This document shows positions 1 through 12,700 of a stretch of DNA of 60,712 bases, one piece after another. Below the pieces are notes generated by a model. That model was not told the origin of the DNA, made no database searches, and was given only the letters and a program-made list of their open reading frames with translations. The stretch lies in NCBI GenBank assembly GCA_946623785.1, contig CAMORM010000002.1, positions 1 to 60,712 of the forward strand. Direction: 5' to 3'. This DNA comes from an uncultured Verrucomicrobiota bacterium. Lineage in GTDB: Bacteria > Verrucomicrobiota > Kiritimatiellia > RFP12 > UBA1067. Every line of letters starts with the position of its first letter. Within the stretch, counting starts at the first letter, position 1. Made by a program: the position numbers and the translations under genes.

Positions 1-184
1 GGTGCGCCAGATTGTCCCTGGCGCGGGACAGGGTGTCGCTATTTAATGCGGGAAGCGTGCTTCTGCGCCCATGGCACGGTTTTCGCTAGGGATAGACGAG
101 GCAAATGCAAAACCTGGCCGGGCTGCGTGTCACCACGCCGCTGCGGCGGGTTTTGGGCTGCCTCGACTTGAAAGGAGAAAGAAA

Positions 185-2707
<2,523 letters not shown>

Positions 2708-2725
2708 TTCCCGTGCTTCAGTGAA

Positions 2726-2770
2726 ATGGCGGGGATGCGTGTCGACGCGCATCCCCGCCATGTCGTTTTT
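2726..2770 (+). terminator. Rho-independent terminator of clpB
   Basis: Perfect 14-bp stem ATGGCGGGGATGCG / CGCATCCCCGCCAT (2726..2739 and 2748..2761), followed by GTCGTTTTTG. Confidence 0.7.
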
Positions 2771-2802
2771 GCCCATGCCGGTTCCCGCAGTCTGCGTCGA
2801 TT

Positions 2803-2811
2803 TGGTATAAT
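2803..2811 (+). promoter_or_regulatory. Extended -10 box TGGTATAAT upstream of cysK
   Basis: Exact TGnTATAAT, 34 nt before ATG 2846, just downstream of the clpB terminator. Confidence 0.5.
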
Positions 2812-2845
2812 ACCGGGGCTAGGGAACAAAGAGAGATTGACGAAT

Positions 2846-3775
2846 ATGATCTGCGAAAGCATACTTGACGCGTTGGGCCACACGCCGCTCGTGCGGCTGC
2901 GCAGGATGGCGACGCCGGACATGGCCGAAGTGCTCGTGAAGTTCGAGGCGATGAACGTAGGCGGGTCCATCAAGACACGGACCGCGCACAACATGATCCG
3001 CGACGCCGAGGCAAGGGGGCTCCTCAAGCCAGACTCGGTGATCGTCGAGCCGACGAGCGGGAACCAGGGAATCGGGCTTGCGCTGATCGGCGCGGTGAAG
3101 GGATACAGGACCGTCATCGTCATGCCGGACAGCGTGAGCGAGGAGCGCCGCAAGCTTGTGAAGCACTACGGCGCCGAGGTGGTGCTTGTCCATGACGCCG
3201 GGAATATCGGCGACGCGATCGCCGAATGCGCCGCCATCGCGCAGCGGATGGCGAAGGAGAACCCGAAGGTGTTCGTTCCCGAGCAGTTTTCCAATCCGGC
3301 CAACCCGGCCGCACACCGTCACGGCACGGCCCTTGAGATCATGGAGCAGGCCGCAAGGCCCATCCACGGATTCTGCTCGGGCGTCGGCACGGGCGGGACG
3401 CTCAGCGGAATCGGCGAGGTCCTCAAGGCGCAGAACCCCACGATCGAGATCTGGGCCGTTGAGCCGAAGAACGCGGCGATCCTCGCCGGCGGGACGGTCG
3501 GCACGCATCTGCAGATGGGCATCGGCGACGGTCTCATCCCAGACAACCTCAACACGCAGATATACTCGCACATCTGCGTTGTCTCCGACGAGGAGGCGCT
3601 TGGCTGCGCGCGCGACCTTGCGCGCAAGGAAGGGCTGATGGCTGGCATATCGGCCGGCACGAACGTCTTCGCCGCGCTGAAGCTCGCGAAGCGGATCGGG
3701 CCCGGCAAGACCGTCGTGACGATCCTCCCCGACACGGCGGAGCGCTATTTCTCTACGCCGCTGTTCGAGGACTAG
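2846..3775 (+). CDS. cysK: Cysteine synthase (CysK/CysM-family PLP enzyme)
   Basis: ORF 2726..3775 trimmed to ATG 2846 (MICESILDALGHTPLVRL); the upstream part covers the clpB terminator. Motifs present: GGSIKTR (PLP lysine), TSGNQG, GVGTGGT. Confidence 0.85.
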   Translation: MICESILDALGHTPLVRLRRMATPDMAEVLVKFEAMNVGGSIKTRTAHNMIRDAEARGLLKPDSVIVEPTSGNQGIGLALIGAVKGYRTVIVMPDSVSEERRKLVKHYGAEVVLVHDAGNIGDAIAECAAIAQRMAKENPKVFVPEQFSNPANPAAHRHGTALEIMEQAARPIHGFCSGVGTGGTLSGIGEVLKAQNPTIEIWAVEPKNAAILAGGTVGTHLQMGIGDGLIPDNLNTQIYSHICVVSDEEALGCARDLARKEGLMAGISAGTNVFAALKLAKRIGPGKTVVTILPDTAERYFSTPLFED

Positions 3776-3846
3776 GCTGTTCCCCGTGTTTCGCCTGCCC
3801 AACCGCCCGGCTCAACTTTCTGGACTGTTCGCGTCGGGCGATGGTG

Positions 3847-3855
3847 TGGTATAAT
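3847..3855 (+). promoter_or_regulatory. Extended -10 box TGGTATAAT, 7 nt before ATG 3863 (leaderless candidate)
   Basis: Exact motif. No room for a Shine-Dalgarno sequence. Confidence 0.6.
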
Positions 3856-3862
3856 AGGCGGC

Positions 3863-6298
3863 ATGGATAAAGCGACAGCAACCGTAATCGCTGCGATGTG
3901 CGTGCACATCGCGTTTGGCGTTGCCGTCGAATCGAAGGCCGAGGCCGCGGCGAAGCGCACCGAGGTGAGCTTCCTGATGGCGTACACCCCGAACCATCCG
4001 GAGGAGCCGTCCACGCGCCAGCTTCTCAAGTTCGCTGAAGAGCATCCAGAGGTCCATCTTTCCCAGTGGGGCGGACTGACGCTTCCAGGCGGCGGAGGCC
4101 GCGCGACGTTCATGCTCGCGCTTGCGGGCGGAAGCGCGCCGGACGTCTATCGCGCGTGGTTCCATATCCTGCGCCACGACGTCGAGGAGGGTTTCTGCTA
4201 TCCGCTCAACGAGTGGGTGAAGCCGGGCGAACCAGACGAATGGCCGGGGTGGAAGAACGTCCCGCCACTCTGGAAGGAAGTGGCGACGCGCGACGGCCTC
4301 ATATACGGCGTGCCTGTAGCAGGATGCCAGTACTACGGAATCGTCTACCGCAAGGACCTCGTTTCCGCCGCGGGGCTCGATCCCGAGAAGACTCCCGCTA
4401 CGTGGAAGGAGTTTGCGGAGTGGTGCGACCGACTGACGTTCCGCGACAAGGTGATTCCAGGCGCGAAGATACAGCGCGGGCAGCGCGCGTTCGGAATCGA
4501 GAACCGTCCGTGGGGATTCCTCCCCTGGGTGCAGGCGGCAGGCGGAGACGTTATCAGGAGGAGGCCGTCTGAAGAAGGCAAGGAGGAATGGGAGGCGTGC
4601 TTCGACTCGCCTGCCGCATTGCGCGCAGCGGATTTCCTGCACGGTCTCATCACGAACGGCGTGGTGCGCGCGCTACCGCAGCTCTCCACGGTCAACGAGG
4701 CGGCTGAGCTTTTCGCCGGCGGCGAGATAGTGTCGATCTTCGGCGGCGAGGATTTCGTGCAGCAGCTCACGGAGAAGCTCGACTTCCCGGCGGACATGAT
4801 AGGGCTCATGCCGTTCCCCGCTGCCGACGAAGACTGCAAGCCCGTGCTCCAGGCGCACAAGCACTTCTACGCGATGACGGAAGGCGTGGCGCGCCGTCCG
4901 AAGAAAGAGCGCGACGTCGTCTGGGCGTGCATCAACGAACTCGTCTCGCCGGAGGTTCACGACGAGACGGTGCGGCGGAACGTCGCGGAAGGCCGCGCGC
5001 GCTGGTGCGTGCCTGCGGACCTCGTGCGGCTCGGGTTCGAGGAGCACCTCAAGGACGTGCCCGCCGGGATCAGGAAGATGTACGCCGATCTCGAGGCGGG
5101 GAAGATCAAGGCGGTCACGGAACCATACGCAGGTTTCTGGCAGGGCGCGAGCGATCTAGTCGGGCGCCGTTTCTTGGGAATACTTCTCTCCGACCTCGTT
5201 GAGGACTTCGACTACCGCGCGGCGCTGAAGTCAATAACGGAGGACGCAAACCGCGGGCTCATGTTCGACGCCGACAAGTCGCGCATCGAGCGGGCGCGTC
5301 CAGTTGCGCGGACCGTCTTCGGGATAATCCTCGTCTGCGCGGTAGTGTGCATTGCGCTGGTCATGCGCGCGCGTGCGAAAAAAGGCGGAAGCGGCGGTCG
5401 CGGGGCGACCGCCCTACCAACGCGTGTCGACTGGCGTCCGTGGCTCTTCCTTCTCCCGGCGGTTCTTTCGATCGCGCTGTGGAGCTACTATCCGCTTGTG
5501 AAGGGCGCCCTCATGGCGTTCCAGGACTACCGCATAGTGGGCGGCGCCGAATGGACGGGGCTAGACAACTTCATACGCGTCGCCTCTGACCCCGGGTTCT
5601 GGAAATCGTGGCAGCGAACGCTGGAGTACGTTGGGATAACGCTTGCGCTCGGGTTCGTGACGCCCGTTCTGCTCGCGCTGATGCTGAGCGAGATTCCGAA
5701 GGGGAAGGTTTTCTTCCGCACGGTGTACTTCCTCCCGCACCTCACGAGCGCGCTCGTGGTGGCGCTTCTCTGGAAGCTGATGTTCGACCCCACGGAGAAC
5801 GGGATGCTGAACCAGTTCCTCGCGATGTTCGGAATCGCGCGCCACGCGTGGCTGCAGGACCCCGCCTGGGCGATGACGTGCTGCATACTCCCGGGAGTGT
5901 GGATGGGCGCGGGCATGAGCTCGCTCATATACATCGCTGCGCTCGGCTCGCTGCCGCGTGACTACTACGAGGCGGCGGCGATAGACGGCGCTGGGATACT
6001 CGCGCGCTACCGCCACATAACGCTGCCGCAGCTCTATCCGCTGATGGTCATCAACTTCGTCGGCGCGTTCATCGCGGCGTTCCAGGGAATGGGGTCGATA
6101 TTCCTCCTTACGTTCGGCGGACCTGGCGACGCGACGAACGTCCTCTCGCTCGCGATCTGGAAGGAGGCGTACAACAACCTGCGCTTCTCCACCGCCACCA
6201 CGATGGCCTGGTTCCTCGGCGTTGCGCTCATCGGATTTACGGTCCTGCAGATCCGCTTCCTCCGCCGCGTCGAGTTCCGCCAGGCCGCCGCAAACTGA
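3863..6298 (+). CDS. Fusion of an ABC extracellular solute-binding domain to a MalF/UgpA-type permease
   Basis: 811 aa. The N-terminal ~480 aa look like a family-1 solute-binding protein with a signal/anchor. A TM helix follows (VFGIILVCAVVCIALVM), then a 6-TM permease with the EAA loop EAAAIDGAGILARYRHITLPQL. The ATG lies 7 nt after TGGTATAAT. Confidence 0.8.
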   Translation: MDKATATVIAAMCVHIAFGVAVESKAEAAAKRTEVSFLMAYTPNHPEEPSTRQLLKFAEEHPEVHLSQWGGLTLPGGGGRATFMLALAGGSAPDVYRAWFHILRHDVEEGFCYPLNEWVKPGEPDEWPGWKNVPPLWKEVATRDGLIYGVPVAGCQYYGIVYRKDLVSAAGLDPEKTPATWKEFAEWCDRLTFRDKVIPGAKIQRGQRAFGIENRPWGFLPWVQAAGGDVIRRRPSEEGKEEWEACFDSPAALRAADFLHGLITNGVVRALPQLSTVNEAAELFAGGEIVSIFGGEDFVQQLTEKLDFPADMIGLMPFPAADEDCKPVLQAHKHFYAMTEGVARRPKKERDVVWACINELVSPEVHDETVRRNVAEGRARWCVPADLVRLGFEEHLKDVPAGIRKMYADLEAGKIKAVTEPYAGFWQGASDLVGRRFLGILLSDLVEDFDYRAALKSITEDANRGLMFDADKSRIERARPVARTVFGIILVCAVVCIALVMRARAKKGGSGGRGATALPTRVDWRPWLFLLPAVLSIALWSYYPLVKGALMAFQDYRIVGGAEWTGLDNFIRVASDPGFWKSWQRTLEYVGITLALGFVTPVLLALMLSEIPKGKVFFRTVYFLPHLTSALVVALLWKLMFDPTENGMLNQFLAMFGIARHAWLQDPAWAMTCCILPGVWMGAGMSSLIYIAALGSLPRDYYEAAAIDGAGILARYRHITLPQLYPLMVINFVGAFIAAFQGMGSIFLLTFGGPGDATNVLSLAIWKEAYNNLRFSTATTMAWFLGVALIGFTVLQIRFLRRVEFRQAAAN

Positions 6299-6391
6299 AC
6301 GGCACGGCATGACGAGCGGATGCAAAGCCGGCGGAACGGGTCCAGGGGTGTCATTGCTGAATGGATGTCGCATTACCATTAATGACGGCAG

Positions 6392-6916
6392 TTGCAAAGA
6401 GGAGAGAGGTTGAACAGGAAGTTTGCAGTTTTTGCGGTATTAACGGCGCTGGCTGTGCGGGCGCTGATGTCGTTTGCGCCGGATGGTTTCGTCCGGGCGG
6501 CGTTCTGCCTCCCGCCCGCGCGCGCAGCGACTTTCTACTACGGCGTTCCGCTCTGCGCTGAAACCGTCACTTTCGCTGCGCATGGAGTTGCCATGGAAGT
6601 CACGCGCGAATGCGCTGCGCTCGACTTCTTCTCGATTGTCTGCGGCCTTCTCGCCGCGGCCGCGTTCTCTCTCCGCGGCGAATCGCGCGCTGCGGGGATT
6701 GCCGCAGTGGCCGTGGTCCCGCCTGCCGCGTATCTTGTCACGCTCGCCGCCAATTCGCTCAGGCTCATCGTGCTTGTTCCGATCGACTTCGCGTTTCCCC
6801 GCTCCGCCGTGCCGGCGGTCCATCTCGCGGTGGGCGCGTCCGTGTTCCTCGGAGTGTTCGCGTCCCTTTTCTTCGTGCTTAGGCATTTCAGGTGTATTCC
6901 AACGGAGGCGTTATGA
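6392..6916 (+). CDS. Minimal exosortase/archaeosortase-family membrane protein
   Basis: 174-aa polytopic ORF with ordered Cys (TRECAALDF), Arg (ANSLRLIV) and His (AVHLAVGASVF) motifs, as in the exosortase catalytic triad. The track start is TTG 6392; TTG 6410, 5 nt after GGAG, is an alternative. The stop overlaps the next ATG (ATGA). Confidence 0.6.
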   Translation: MQRGERLNRKFAVFAVLTALAVRALMSFAPDGFVRAAFCLPPARAATFYYGVPLCAETVTFAAHGVAMEVTRECAALDFFSIVCGLLAAAAFSLRGESRAAGIAAVAVVPPAAYLVTLAANSLRLIVLVPIDFAFPRSAVPAVHLAVGASVFLGVFASLFFVLRHFRCIPTEAL

Positions 6917-9657
6917 TGACAGACGAAAACCGCAGACAGCTCTTCACGCACCCAGCCACGATGCTGCTGACTCACGTTGCGTTCCCGCTCCTGAACCTGG
7001 GCGGCATCGCGTACATCTTCTGGATAACCAAGGAGGCGCTGGACCCGGGCCTCCATGCGAAGGGCGTGGCCGCTCTGTGCGCCGCAGGCGCGATTCCTAT
7101 CCTGGGGGCGGTTGCGTCGGCGATTGCGCAAAGGCGGCGTCCGGGCCTCTGGCAGATGTTCGCCTTTTCGATGATCGCCGCCGCGTTCCTCTATTTCTTC
7201 TATCCTGCGTCGTTGAGCATGTCGTCCAAGGTCGACAACTGGATAATCTCCGCGACTCCGTTCCTCGCCATGTTCGCGGGCCTTATGCCGATGATATTCG
7301 CCGGCGTGGCGGCGGTGGCGCTGGAGAAGCTTTCGGCGTCGAAGGGCTTGGACATCGGAGTGTCCGGCGGGCTTCTTCTAGTGGGGCCGCTATGTCTGTA
7401 CATGTTCGTGGAGTTTGCCGCCGCCATAGACAGGGCGTTGCGCGGATCGAGCCCCGTGCTGAAGACCGTGCTGGGCCATGTTTTCGCCGTAGGCATGCTG
7501 GCGCTCACGTTCCTCTTCTTCGTCGGACTTCTCCGCGGGCTCTTCCAGCTGACGAAGCTCATGGGCAGGCACGCCGGCAGGGTTGCCGCCGTGATGGTGT
7601 GCGCGGTGGTGCTTCCTTTTTGCGGCCTCACCCTCAACCTTTCGATTCCGTTCCCGGCAGACTTCGCGAACCCCTGGCCCTGGGCGCTTTCCGTCTACAC
7701 GGCGCTCGTGCTCCTTCCAAGGCCGCGTTCGGACGGCGCGGGGCTCTTCCTCTACTTCCTGCAGTCAGCGGCTGGCCCCTTCGTCCTCTACTTCTTCCTT
7801 GTCTTCGTGCCGTTCCTTCCGCTTGCGATCCCAGCGATCCTGCTCGTTGGAACGGGCTTCCTGATCCTTGCGCCGACAATTCTCTTCCGATTCTACACAG
7901 GCGAGATGTACGGATACTGGCAGAAGCTCCGCGAGACGTATTCCGCCCCGAAGGTCCTCGGAGTGGCAGTTGCGGGATTCCTCGTGCTCCCCGCGCTGTT
8001 CTGCATTGACGTGGAAATGGAGCGCCGCGACTTCAAGGCGCTGCTCGCGTGGCACACCGAGGAGGACTACGACGAGCCCGCAAAGCCAATGCCGTGTTCG
8101 CAGGCGAGCACGGAAAGGATCATGAAGAACGTCAACGACTTCGCGTTCGGCGCCGAGACGCCGTTCCTCTCTGCGTGGCGCTCTTTCCGCGTCTACGACG
8201 GCATGTACCTCGCGGACGCTCTGCGCAACGAGCTGAATGTCCGCGTGCTCGGAAAGAAGTACGACGAGGAGTACGAGTGGAGCAGGCACGGGAGGAACTT
8301 CTTCGGCGCGGCGATGTTCGGCACCAATCCAGGCAGGCGTAGCGGACGCGGCGGGATCGGCTGGACGACTCGCCCCGCCCGCACGACGGCTTTCGACGCG
8401 TCCGCGGTGTCTTCCGGCGACGCACTCTACACCGTTAGGGTCGCCGCGTCGTCCGACTCCGAGAACAAAGAGCTGATCCTCAGGTTCAGGCTCCCGGCGG
8501 GCGCCTGGATCGAGGGCATGCGGCTCAAGCTCGCGGACGGAACATGGAAGCAGGCGCGCGCTTCAGAGCGCAAGGCGGCCGAGTGGGTCTACCGCAAGAT
8601 CACCGAGCAGCGCCGCGATCCGTCTATCGTGACTCTCGACACGCCAACGGAGGGGACGTTCAAGATATTCCCCGTCGGCAATGCGGGGCGCGAGGCGGAG
8701 CTCATGATTCGCCTTCCTTCGAAATCGGCGTCGCCGCATCTCGTCAGGCTCGCCGCCGTTCCGCCTCCGCCGAAGACGAAGCGGAAGATGGGCACGGACG
8801 GCAAGTGGAAGTACGAGACGGAGCCCAGGAAGGAGCTCGTGTGGAAAGACGTAGCGAATCCAGACTACTCCGCCGCCCCGGAGATCTACCGCGCGGCCGG
8901 AGCGGAGGTGAGCGTAGTTGGGGCGGACTGGATGGATGCGCATCTCGGCGAGCTCAAGAAGCTGAAGACTGCCGGCGCAGAAGACGGCATCGCCGTGAGG
9001 GTGCGGGAGTTCGACGGCAACGACAGGGAGCTTTGGAGCAAGCTGCGGCGCGAGGTCCGCGCCGCGGCGCGCGAATTTGCCGACAAGGGCGAGTTCTCCG
9101 ACTTCGGCTTCAGGAAAGACACAATCGACGCTGCGTACGAAAAGGTCGACGACGCGAAGATGGCGATCCTGCGTCGCGAGTTCCCAGGGCAGGGCGGATT
9201 CAAGGACAGTCCCGTCGAAGGATGGTTCTTCCTCCCGAAGGCCGGCGGCGGGAAGGTGGCGGTCCCGTACAGGAAGGGCGAAGGCGCAGTCGTTTTCGCG
9301 TCGCTCGAAGGCGCAGCGGAAATCGGCGGCAAGTGGGCCGAGGGCGCGAAGGCGTGGGAGCTCGAGAACAGGGCGTTCCTGAAGCCGGCGCTCGACGTCC
9401 GCGCGGAGCTCCTGAAGGCAACGCGCGAGTCTGGCGCGCTCACGACGAAGTCGGCTTACATAGCCGTTGAGACGACCGCGCAGGAGAAGGGGCTGAAGCA
9501 GAAGGAGGCGGAGGCGCTTTACGGCAACCAGAACCTGGAGTTCGAGGAGCCGGAATCATCCGATGCCCCCGGAATGCTGCTGCTGCTTGTCGTCGTCGCA
9601 GTCTTCTTCGCGCTGCGCAGGCGAATCCTCCCCCTTCTCCGGAAAAGCCTTGCATAG
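6913..9657 (+). CDS. Polytopic membrane protein with a VIT-like domain and a PEP-CTERM-type C-terminal sorting tail
   Basis: ATG 6913 follows GGAGG. The first ~390 aa hold about 10 hydrophobic helices. A VIT-like stretch follows (LILRFRLPAGAWIEGMRLKL..RKAAEWVYRKITEQRRDPSIV..FKIFPVGN). The C-terminus is EEPESSDAPG + MLLLLVVVAVFFAL + RRR. Confidence 0.7.
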   Translation: MMTDENRRQLFTHPATMLLTHVAFPLLNLGGIAYIFWITKEALDPGLHAKGVAALCAAGAIPILGAVASAIAQRRRPGLWQMFAFSMIAAAFLYFFYPASLSMSSKVDNWIISATPFLAMFAGLMPMIFAGVAAVALEKLSASKGLDIGVSGGLLLVGPLCLYMFVEFAAAIDRALRGSSPVLKTVLGHVFAVGMLALTFLFFVGLLRGLFQLTKLMGRHAGRVAAVMVCAVVLPFCGLTLNLSIPFPADFANPWPWALSVYTALVLLPRPRSDGAGLFLYFLQSAAGPFVLYFFLVFVPFLPLAIPAILLVGTGFLILAPTILFRFYTGEMYGYWQKLRETYSAPKVLGVAVAGFLVLPALFCIDVEMERRDFKALLAWHTEEDYDEPAKPMPCSQASTERIMKNVNDFAFGAETPFLSAWRSFRVYDGMYLADALRNELNVRVLGKKYDEEYEWSRHGRNFFGAAMFGTNPGRRSGRGGIGWTTRPARTTAFDASAVSSGDALYTVRVAASSDSENKELILRFRLPAGAWIEGMRLKLADGTWKQARASERKAAEWVYRKITEQRRDPSIVTLDTPTEGTFKIFPVGNAGREAELMIRLPSKSASPHLVRLAAVPPPPKTKRKMGTDGKWKYETEPRKELVWKDVANPDYSAAPEIYRAAGAEVSVVGADWMDAHLGELKKLKTAGAEDGIAVRVREFDGNDRELWSKLRREVRAAAREFADKGEFSDFGFRKDTIDAAYEKVDDAKMAILRREFPGQGGFKDSPVEGWFFLPKAGGGKVAVPYRKGEGAVVFASLEGAAEIGGKWAEGAKAWELENRAFLKPALDVRAELLKATRESGALTTKSAYIAVETTAQEKGLKQKEAEALYGNQNLEFEEPESSDAPGMLLLLVVVAVFFALRRRILPLLRKSLA

Positions 9658-9701
9658 TTCCGTAGCCCGCTTTTTCGCGGTTGCGGCGGCGGAAGGGCGT
9701 T

Positions 9702-9710
9702 TGGTATAAT
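9702..9710 (+). promoter_or_regulatory. Extended -10 box TGGTATAAT, 9 nt before ATG 9720 (leaderless candidate)
   Basis: Exact motif. The ATG opens a clear signal peptide. Confidence 0.6.
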
Positions 9711-9719
9711 TAGTGCATC

Positions 9720-12700
9720 ATGTCCCGATTCCCTTTGTCTTCTCTTTTCGCCCTTGTGCTGGCCGCAGTTGCACCGGTTACGCTTCGCGCAGCTGAGACC
9801 AAACCCGTCCGCTCGTGGAGCGACCCCGTCCTTAAGGTAACCTTTCCCCGCAAGCTTGCCGGTCTGGAGATACGGTCGCGCAGCACCTACGGTCGCGGAG
9901 ACCTGGACTATTCGCTCGGGTACAAGTCGTCCGACGACGACATGTCTGTCAACGGCGAATGGCTTGACGTCTACGTGTACACGCGCGAGGGGAAGGACGC
10001 CGTGCAGGAGAACGTCGAGTCTGAGGCGAGCGCGGCGCTCTCCATGGTCCGCCGCCTGATGGAAGGGCACGGCGCCTCGTTTTCGGCGGACTCGCGCCGG
10101 CTCGTGCAGGTGTGGGACCGGACGGGCTTCACCAACAGCGTCGCGCTGTGCGAATACGCCGGCGGGAAGGTCGGCGGAAGGACTGCTTCCGTAATCTCGG
10201 TGACCGCGCATGCCGGCAGGTTTGTCAAGCTTCGCTATTCCGTCCCCACTGGCGCGGGCGACTATGTGCCCGCAAGGCGCTTCGGAGAGATATGCTCCGC
10301 GCTCGACAGCCTATTCGCGGAATCCGCCAGGCGCGAGAAGATGGACGTCTATGCGGCCGAAGGCGCGGAGGCGCTGCTCGAGAAGCTCCGCGAGAAATGG
10401 CCCGGCGCCGGCGAAACGGTCTCGCAGTGGAAGATGCCGGGAACGGTGGGGCTTGTCGCGGAGCTTGACGCGGCGAGCAGGTGGTGCGCGGAGGAGTACG
10501 CAGGCCGCATCAAGGAGTTCGAGAACGTCTCGCGCCGCGGAATAGAGTCGAAGACCGATCCCGAGACATGGTACTACAACCTCGCATGCGCGCTGTCGAT
10601 GCAGAAGCGCGCCGACGAGGCGTTCGAGGCGCTGGAACAGGCCGTTGCGGCAGGGTTTGACGACGCCGGCCATGCCGAGGAGGACGAGGATTTCGCAAAC
10701 ATAAAGTCGGATGCGCGCTTCGCGCGGCTTGTCGCCGCGATGCGGGTCGTGGCCGCGAAGGCTCCGCCGCTCGGAGTGGAGCCGCTGCATCCCGCCGGAG
10801 GCGACTGCATTGTCGGCGAGGAGAACGTGCGCTACGTCCATTTCGCCCAGTCGTACCTCTGCGCGATCGATACGGCGGACAGGAAGACGGTCGTGTACAT
10901 CGGCAACGACCAGGGACGTGCCGCGCCCTGCGAAGGGCTGCTGACGCCCAGCTTCGAGGAGGAGGCTGACGATTCGGGAGCGATAGCCGAAACGGCGTGC
11001 TTCCACTTTGCGTACGATCCGGACGGCAAGGGGCGCGAGCTCTGGTGCCCGACGATAGTCGCGAGCGCAGCGGGGGAGGAGGAGGACTTCTTCGCCTGCA
11101 TCCCGGCGACGCTTGCCGCAGACGGCGGAGATGCGAACAGGGAGCAGTGCCACGAGCAGTGGAACGTGCTTGGCGTATACGCGGCCAAGGGATTCGGCGC
11201 GGACGGAACGGACCCGCTTCCGTTCTGGAGTCCCGGCTTCATCGCGCATTCGGGCGGGGCGGAAGATGGCGACAAGTTCGTGAAGCTCGCGGCGGACATC
11301 ATCCGGGCGATGCCGTTCGAGGTGATAGAGGATGGCTTCCCGGTTGGACAGCTTGCCCAGAAGATCATCCGGTCGTCGCAGAAAGGCGTCGAAGGCGAGG
11401 AAGGGTTCAAGTCCGGACTGGCGATGCGTCCCGTGCTCGATTTCGCCGATGTTGACGTCGATCGCGCGGTTGCGGCCGCAAAGTCCCTAGACCCCAAACG
11501 GCTTCCTCCGCTGTCGCCGTATTTCAAGAATGCCGGTTCTGCGTTTTCCCCGCCGCCCATGTACGTCGAGTTCTCGATGGTGCATTCCGCGCACCATGTC
11601 GGCGTGCTTCCGAACTGGTTGGCGCGCAGGGGCGTGCTCGATGTGGAGCTCGAGCTTGTAGGCGAGGGTGTGGGCGTGGAGTGGAAGGTCCTCGCGGGGG
11701 ACGCGAGCAGGGTTTCGTTCGAGCCCGCGGAGTCGGGCCACACGCGCATCTGCATCGACTGGCACGATCCTTTCGAGGAGGAGTTTCCGTCCGGCAGGCG
11801 CCTCAAGTCGGCGCGCGTCGACATTGGCTGCTTCGCCGTGCGCGACGGCGTGGCGTCGATGCCGAGCGTCGTGAGCGTGTACTTCCCCCCCACGCAGCAC
11901 CGCGAATACGATCCTGACGGCAGGCCGCGCTTCGTGGACTACACGGACCGCAAGTGGCCCGGGATTCTCTTCGGCGCGTGCCCTAGGGGGGACTGGCGCG
12001 ACGAGCCGCACTACTTCGGGGACAAGGAAGGCGAGCTGACGGGATGGACCAGGTACAGGACTTCGGCGGACGGCGGGGTTTCGACGGAGGAGTTCACGGA
12101 GGACGGGCTTGTCGTGATGACGCGCGACGAACTTGGGCGTCCGAAGCGCTGCCGCAAGGATCTCCGCGCAGAGTGGTACCAGACGCTCCCCGCGTACCCC
12201 GACGCGAAGGAGGTTGACGAGGCGTACACCCTTCTGTCCGCGAAGTACGACACGCTTTCCGAGCCTCCCGAGGGCGACAACGCGACGACGCTCGTGTGGG
12301 AATACGACTACGGCGAGGCGAACGGGACGAAGAAGCTGCGCCCCGTGGCGCCGGTTCGGTTCAGGCGGCGTCCCGAGCTCTGCCCCGCCGCTGACTTCGG
12401 CGCGGAATCCGGCTTTGGGCTTCCGCTTCTCGCGCAGGTGCGCATCGGATACGGCATCTATTCGGAGTACAAGGCGGGGCGCGTTCCGCAGCCGCCTTCC
12501 GCGCGGACGAAGCTCAGGTTCGCGAAGGGCGTTCCGTCCGACAAGTCCCGCTGGCCGGCGGACGCCGACGAATTCGAGGAGGAGGCGGCGAAGCACCTGC
12601 ACGAGCTTGCGGACGGCGCATGCCGCGCTACGGCGAACGCCGGAGGCGGGAATGAGGGGCCGGGGGAGTACATCTCCGTGGAATGGACGCGGTTCACGTT

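Noticed and set aside
134-154. A small hairpin CGCCG ctg CGGCG followed by GGTTTT, 30 nt upstream of the clpB start; possible attenuator.
   Set aside because: The stem is only 5 bp and the T-run only 4 nt. The upstream gene is outside the window, so its role cannot be judged.
167-173. CTTGAAA, identical to the sigma-32 -35 consensus, upstream of clpB.
   Set aside because: It lies only 12 nt before the clpB ATG and overlaps the RBS, so a -10 element and transcription start cannot fit. Probably a coincidence.
6474-8009. 511-aa alternative-frame ORF overlapping the exosortase and VIT-protein genes.
   Set aside because: It is Arg/Pro/Ser-rich with no hydrophobic helices or motifs. The other frame gives coherent membrane topology and coupled start/stop signals.
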